The notes under the pieces: generated by a model
What the model was told of the DNA's origin: nothing
Databases searched by the model: none
What the model saw: the letters and a program-made list of their open reading frames with translations, nothing else
Shown: positions 59,032 through 64,000 of the stretch, piece after piece
Layout of the letters: every line of letters starts with the position of its first letter
Numbering within the stretch: position 1 is the first letter of the stretch
Source: Bacteroidaceae bacterium
GTDB lineage: Bacteria > Bacteroidota > Bacteroidia > Bacteroidales > Bacteroidaceae
DNA length: 64,000 bases
Direction: 5' to 3'
Assembly: GCA_017503645.1 (NCBI GenBank)
Contig: JAFVSR010000062.1
Coordinates: 1,415 to 65,414, forward strand
Program-made: the position numbers and the translations under genes

Positions 59032-59343
59032 ATGATAATACCCGCACAATATTTTCTCATACTCTCGGCAGTACTCTTTTTCATAGGAGTATTCGGGTTC
59101 TTCACACGCCGCAACCTGGTGTCGTTGCTCATAAGCACCGAGCTTATGCTCAACGCAGTGGATATAAATTTTGCAGTGTTCAACGCCTACTGCCACCCGC
59201 AACTGCTCGAGGGCTATGTGTTTGCCCTCTTCGGCATTGGAATAGCCGCAGCCGAAACCGCTGTTGCCATTGCCATAATAATAAATGTATATCGCAATAT
59301 CCATTCGATACACATTAAGAAACTGAGAGAACTTAAACACTGA
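59032..59343 (+). CDS. nuoK: NADH-quinone oxidoreductase subunit K
   Basis: Start at MIIPAQYFLILSAVLFFIG; the ORF-track start at 58981 overlaps nuoJ. 103 aa, 3 TM, with a conserved E in LISTELMLNA. Confidence 0.9.
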   Translation: MIIPAQYFLILSAVLFFIGVFGFFTRRNLVSLLISTELMLNAVDINFAVFNAYCHPQLLEGYVFALFGIGIAAAETAVAIAIIINVYRNIHSIHIKKLRELKH

Positions 59344-61271
59344 TGGTTATGGAATTTACAATACTCATACTCGCATTACCCCTGCTAAGTTTTCTCGTAC
59401 TTGCGCTTGCAGGGAAACAGATGCCACACAAAGTGGCAGGCGCGGCAGGCACAGCCTCGCTTGCGGTGGTGGCACTGCTGTCGTACACAGCCGCGGCGCT
59501 CTACTTTGGCGCAGGACGCGGGGCCGACGGCACATTTGCCACCCTTGTGCCCTGCAACATAAGCTGGCTGCCGTTGGGCGCCTTGAGCATAGATATGGGC
59601 ATAATGCTCGACCCCATTTCGGTGATGATGCTCATTGTGATAAGCACCGTGAGCCTTATGGTGCATATATACTCGCTGGGCTATATGAAGGGAGAAAAGG
59701 GCTTCCAACGCTACTATGCCTTTCTGTCGCTGTTCACATTCTCGATGCTGGGGTTAGTGGTTGCCACCAACATATTCCAGATGTATATATTCTGGGAGCT
59801 GGTGGGCGTGTCGTCGTACCTGCTCATAGGTTTCTACTACACCAAGCCGGCGGCCATTGCGGCATCTAAAAAGGCATTTATAGTAACCCGCTTTGCCGAC
59901 CTCTTCTTCCTCATAGGCATACTCATTTACGGCTACTACACACAAACCTTCACTTTCACACCCACCGAGACAGCCCTTGCCGGTGCCGCTACCCTGCTGC
60001 CATTGGCATTGGGGCTTATGTTTGTGGGCGGTGCGGGAAAGAGCGCAATGTTCCCCCTGCACATATGGTTGCCCGATGCAATGGAGGGCCCCACACCCGT
60101 TTCGGCACTCATACACGCAGCCACTATGGTGGTGGCAGGCGTATATCTTGTGGCGCGTATGTTCCCGCTGTTCATTGCTTTTGCTCCCGAGGTGCTGCAC
60201 ATTGTGGCATACGTGGGAGCCTTCACGGCGCTCTATGCAGCGGTGGTGGCCTGCGTGCAGACCGATATAAAACGTGTGCTTGCCTTCTCCACAATATCGC
60301 AAATTGCATTTATGATGGTGGCACTGGGTGTGTGCACGTCGGCCGACCCTCACACAGGCGGCCTTGGTTATATGGCATCGATGTTCCACCTGTTCACTCA
60401 CGCAATGTTCAAGGGGTTGCTGTTCCTGGGTGCGGGAGCTATAATACACGCCGTGCACAGCAACGAAAAGATACATATGGGAGGCCTGCGCCGCTATATG
60501 CCCATAACACACATAACATTCCTCATAGCCTGCCTTGCTATAGCCGGCATACCGCCCTTCAGCGGTTTCTTCAGCAAGGACGAGATTCTTGTGGCCTGCT
60601 ACCACTTTTCAAGACCTATGGGGCTGTTTATGAGTTTTGTGGCTGCACTCACGGCATTTTATATGTTCCGCCTCTATTACCTCATATTCTGGGGAAAGAG
60701 TTACTACGAGGAGCAACTTGCGCTCTACAACGCGGGCAAGTGCAGCAAGGCGCCCCACAAGCCCCACGAGGCACCTGCCACAATGACTGCGCCGCTCATA
60801 ATACTTGCGGTCATTAGCTGTGTGGCGGGCTTCATACCCTTCGGGCAGTTTGTGAGCAGCGACGGCACTGCATACAGCATACACATAAACAAGGCGGTGG
60901 CCACCACAAGCGTTGCGCTTGCACTCATAGCAATTTTCATTGCCACCATAATGTACAAGGGTGGTTACAGCCGCCTCACACGCGGCATAAACAGGAACCT
61001 TCGCGGGCTTATGTCGGCGGCATACAACCGTTTCTACATCGACGATATATGGCTTTTTATAACCAAGGATATCATCTTCAACTGCATAAGCAGGCCCATA
61101 GCCTGGTTCGACAAGAAGATAATCGACGGCTCGCTCGACAAATTAGCAAGCGGCACACAGAGGCTTGCAAGCCTCATACGCCCCGTGCAGAGCGGCAACG
61201 TGCAGTCCTACAGCGTGTGGTTCCTGAGCGGAGCGATAATTCTTATATTGATACTCATATATTTTGCATAA
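59343..61271 (+). CDS. nuoL: NADH-quinone oxidoreductase subunit L
   Basis: 642 aa, antiporter-like (WLPDAMEGPTPVSALIHAATMV). The ATG overlaps the nuoK TGA. Confidence 0.95.
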   Translation: MVMEFTILILALPLLSFLVLALAGKQMPHKVAGAAGTASLAVVALLSYTAAALYFGAGRGADGTFATLVPCNISWLPLGALSIDMGIMLDPISVMMLIVISTVSLMVHIYSLGYMKGEKGFQRYYAFLSLFTFSMLGLVVATNIFQMYIFWELVGVSSYLLIGFYYTKPAAIAASKKAFIVTRFADLFFLIGILIYGYYTQTFTFTPTETALAGAATLLPLALGLMFVGGAGKSAMFPLHIWLPDAMEGPTPVSALIHAATMVVAGVYLVARMFPLFIAFAPEVLHIVAYVGAFTALYAAVVACVQTDIKRVLAFSTISQIAFMMVALGVCTSADPHTGGLGYMASMFHLFTHAMFKGLLFLGAGAIIHAVHSNEKIHMGGLRRYMPITHITFLIACLAIAGIPPFSGFFSKDEILVACYHFSRPMGLFMSFVAALTAFYMFRLYYLIFWGKSYYEEQLALYNAGKCSKAPHKPHEAPATMTAPLIILAVISCVAGFIPFGQFVSSDGTAYSIHINKAVATTSVALALIAIFIATIMYKGGYSRLTRGINRNLRGLMSAAYNRFYIDDIWLFITKDIIFNCISRPIAWFDKKIIDGSLDKLASGTQRLASLIRPVQSGNVQSYSVWFLSGAIILILILIYFA

Positions 61272-61280
61272 AAAGGCACT

Positions 61281-62765
61281 ATGAATATACTTAACCTGTT
61301 TGTCATAATTCCGCTTGCTATGTTGCTTGCCTTGTGGGCAAGCCGCAATTTGCGACAGATACGTGCGGTGATGGTTACCGGCAGCAGCCTGCTGCTTGCC
61401 CTTTCGGCATACCTCACAATAGATTTCATAATACAGCGCAGTGGCGGCAACACTGCTGCTATGCTCTACTGCGATTCGTGGAGCTGGTATGCGCCGCTCA
61501 ACATCTGCTACTCAATAGGTGTGGATGGCATTTCGGTGGCGATGCTGCTGCTGTCGTCGGTAATAGTGTTCACCGGCACATTTGCATCGTGGCGACTGAA
61601 ACCCCTTACCAAGGAGTTCTTCCTGTGGTACACGCTGCTTGCAACGGGTGTTTATGGTTTCTTCATAAGCACCGACCTGTTTGCAATGTTTATGTTCTAC
61701 GAAACCGCGCTCATACCTATGTACCTGCTCATTGGTGTGTGGGGCAGCGGCCGCAAGGAGTACTCGGCAATGAAACTCACACTTATGCTTATGGGCGGTT
61801 CGGCCTTCCTGCTTATGGGTATTTTGGGAATATACTTCGGTAGCGGAGCCACCACAATGAACATTAACGAGATAGCCGCACTGGGCAATATCGCCCGCGA
61901 AGTACAGTACATATTCTTCCCCCTCACGTTCATAGGGTTCGGTGTGCTGGGTGCTCTGTTCCCCTTCCACACATGGAGCCCCGACGGACACGCCTGTGCC
62001 CCCACGGCGGTCTCTATGCTACACGCCGGCGTGCTTATGAAGCTGGGTGGATATGGTTGCTTTCGCATAGCTATGTACCTGCTGCCGCAAGCCGCGCACG
62101 ACCTTGCCTGGATATTCATCATACTCACCACGGTGAGCGTTGTATATGGTGCGCTCAGCGCCATAAGCCAAACCGACCTCAAGTACATAAACGCCTACTC
62201 GTCGGTGTCGCACTGCGGCCTGGTGCTTTTCGCCCTGCTTATGACCACCCGCACAGCCTGCACGGGAGCCATTTTGCAGATGCTGTCACACGGCCTTATG
62301 ACGGCACTCTTTTTTGCCATAATAGGTATGATATACGGCCGCACCCACACACGCGATGTGCGCCAGATGCGCGGCCTTATGAAAATAATGCCCTTCCTTG
62401 CCGTGGGCTATGTGATTGCCGGCCTTGCCAATCTGGGACTGCCCGGGTTCAGCGGTTTTGTGGCCGAAATGACAATATTCGTGGGAGCCTTTGAGGTAAA
62501 CGACCTGTTCCACCGCACGGTAACAATAATCGCCTGCACAAGTATAGTGATAACCGCAGTGTATATACTGCGTGTGGTGGGGCGCATACTATACGGTGAG
62601 CCCACCAACGAGGAACACAAACAGCTGAGCGACGCCACCTGGGACGAACGCTTCACCGTCATATGCCTTGTAATATGCGTGGCAGCCATAGGTATTGCGC
62701 CTATGTGGGTGAGCAACCTCATAGAGGGCGGTGTAGCCAATATTATAAGTAACATACAACCATAA
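61281..62765 (+). CDS. nuoM: NADH-quinone oxidoreductase subunit M
   Basis: 494 aa, antiporter-like ([33 protein letters not shown]). Confidence 0.95.
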   Translation: MNILNLFVIIPLAMLLALWASRNLRQIRAVMVTGSSLLLALSAYLTIDFIIQRSGGNTAAMLYCDSWSWYAPLNICYSIGVDGISVAMLLLSSVIVFTGTFASWRLKPLTKEFFLWYTLLATGVYGFFISTDLFAMFMFYETALIPMYLLIGVWGSGRKEYSAMKLTLMLMGGSAFLLMGILGIYFGSGATTMNINEIAALGNIAREVQYIFFPLTFIGFGVLGALFPFHTWSPDGHACAPTAVSMLHAGVLMKLGGYGCFRIAMYLLPQAAHDLAWIFIILTTVSVVYGALSAISQTDLKYINAYSSVSHCGLVLFALLMTTRTACTGAILQMLSHGLMTALFFAIIGMIYGRTHTRDVRQMRGLMKIMPFLAVGYVIAGLANLGLPGFSGFVAEMTIFVGAFEVNDLFHRTVTIIACTSIVITAVYILRVVGRILYGEPTNEEHKQLSDATWDERFTVICLVICVAAIGIAPMWVSNLIEGGVANIISNIQP

Positions 62766-62785
62766 CGAAACGTAGCCGAAACAAC

Positions 62786-64000
62786 ATGAATTACATACAA
62801 TTCTTTCTTATGCGCCCCGAGGTGAGCCTTTTAGGCTTCTTCCTCATAATATTCCTGTACGACCTCATATCGACCGACCGCACACGCCGCTATTTCCACC
62901 CCTTAGTGTGCATAGCAATGCTACTGCACACGGTGGTCTGTTTCCGCGACACAAGCGACTTCACGCTATTCGAGGGTATGTACCACAGCAACGCAATGAT
63001 TGTGTTTGTGAAGGCGATGCTTGGCTTTGGCAGTATGATAGCCATTATGCAGGCCCACCGCTGGCTGCGCACAAGCAACACCTACTACAAGCAGGGTGAG
63101 TTCTACACGCTGCTGCTGAGTACTCTGGTGGGTATGTATTTTATGATAAGCGCACGTCACTTTCTGCTGCTCTTCGTGGGCATTGAGCTGGCATCGCTGC
63201 CTATGGCCTGCCTTGTGGCATTCGACAAATACCGCCACCACTCGGCAGAGGCGGGTATCAAATATATCCTCACCTCGATGTTTGCATCGGCTATGATGCT
63301 CTACGGCATTTCGTACTTATACGGCACCTGCGGCTCGCTCTACTATAGCGAGGTGTGCAGCGGCCTCACGGCATCGCCTATGCAGATATTCGCGCTTGTG
63401 ATGTTCTTTGCCGGTATGGGATTCAAAATATCGCTTGTGCCGTTCCATATGTGGACCCCAGACAGCTACGAGGGAGCCCCCACGGCTGTAACCGCATACC
63501 TGTCGGTAATATCAAAGGGTGCAGCAGTGTTCACGCTCTTCACGGTGCTCACAACAGTATTTGCGCCTATGGTAAAGCAGTGGCAGATGATTATATACAT
63601 AACCACCGTAGCCAGCATAACCATTGCCAACCTGTTTGCCATAAAACAGCACAACCTGAAACGCTTTATGGCATACAGCAGTATATCGCAGGCAGGCTAC
63701 ATAATGCTTGCAGTCATAGGTGGCACAGCGCAGGGAATGAGCGCTATGGTATATTATGTGCTTGTGTATATCATTGCCAACCTTGCTGTGTTTGGTGTGA
63801 TAGGTGCTGTGGAGCACCACATAAAGGACGAGGTGCGCCGCGACACGCTCAAGGGCTTCTATGCCACTAACCCGCGCCTTGCGCTCATAATGACTTTGGC
63901 ACTCTTCTCACTGGCGGGCATTCCACCGTTTGCAGGTTTCTTCAGCAAGTTCTTTGTGTTTATGAGCGCCTTCAGCGCCGGTTTTGTGGTGCTGGTGTTC
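62786..64000 (+). CDS. nuoN: NADH-quinone oxidoreductase subunit N (3' end beyond the window)
   Basis: This open frame is absent from the ORF track because no stop falls in the window. Own translation: [23 protein letters not shown]...[19 protein letters not shown]...[22 protein letters not shown]. Confidence 0.9.
   Translation, partial: MNYIQFFLMRPEVSLLGFFLIIFLYDLISTDRTRRYFHPLVCIAMLLHTVVCFRDTSDFTLFEGMYHSNAMIVFVKAMLGFGSMIAIMQAHRWLRTSNTYYKQGEFYTLLLSTLVGMYFMISARHFLLLFVGIELASLPMACLVAFDKYRHHSAEAGIKYILTSMFASAMMLYGISYLYGTCGSLYYSEVCSGLTASPMQIFALVMFFAGMGFKISLVPFHMWTPDSYEGAPTAVTAYLSVISKGAAVFTLFTVLTTVFAPMVKQWQMIIYITTVASITIANLFAIKQHNLKRFMAYSSISQAGYIMLAVIGGTAQGMSAMVYYVLVYIIANLAVFGVIGAVEHHIKDEVRRDTLKGFYATNPRLALIMTLALFSLAGIPPFAGFFSKFFVFMSAFSAGFVVLVF

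Overview
This 64-kb segment looks like a Bacteroidales (Bacteroidota) chromosome. The evidence is conserved housekeeping synteny: ftsH-cdsA, lpxB-surE, parA-parB-DUF5683-lytic transglycosylase-RelA/SpoT, MerR-M23, alaS, DUF3822-rsmD, cls, uvrA, purL, and an 11-subunit nuoA-N operon with fused nuoCD and no nuoEFG. It also has TAnnTT(T/C)G -7 promoter boxes, A-rich rather than Shine-Dalgarno start contexts, and a T9SS-type cargo protein. About 55 protein-coding genes fill nearly the whole window. I found no rRNA, tRNA, CRISPR array, transposase, integrase, or recognisable phage or defence gene. Four visibly AT-richer accessory blocks interrupt the core. (i) A 1008-aa secreted protein is bracketed by a duplicated parA promoter/leader (4.9-8.5 kb). 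(ii) A small-protein / lipoprotein / sigma-like cassette lies at 27.0-29.1 kb. (iii) A 7-gene, translationally coupled operon at 29.1-34.8 kb appears to make an ACP-dependent N-acylated 3-amino-3,6-dideoxyhexose and carries a single GT2. (iv) The most unusual locus lies at 36.9-44.5 kb. It has an HTH-like protein coupled to a membrane Hanks-type (non-RD) Ser/Thr kinase whose ectodomain is a BspA-type leucine-rich repeat (LRR). Divergent from these are a 1546-aa LRR/discoidin/T9SS surface protein and an acidic 60-aa micro-ORF. A second oddity lies at 47.4-48.3 kb. There a four-helix-bundle(+suffix) ORF sits between two ~150-bp copies of a composite module built from opposed, 10-bp-phased tandem repeats. 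These repeats also supply the stop codons or C-termini of uvrA, the cassette ORF and chrA. All functional calls rest on motif recognition by eye; no database search was possible.
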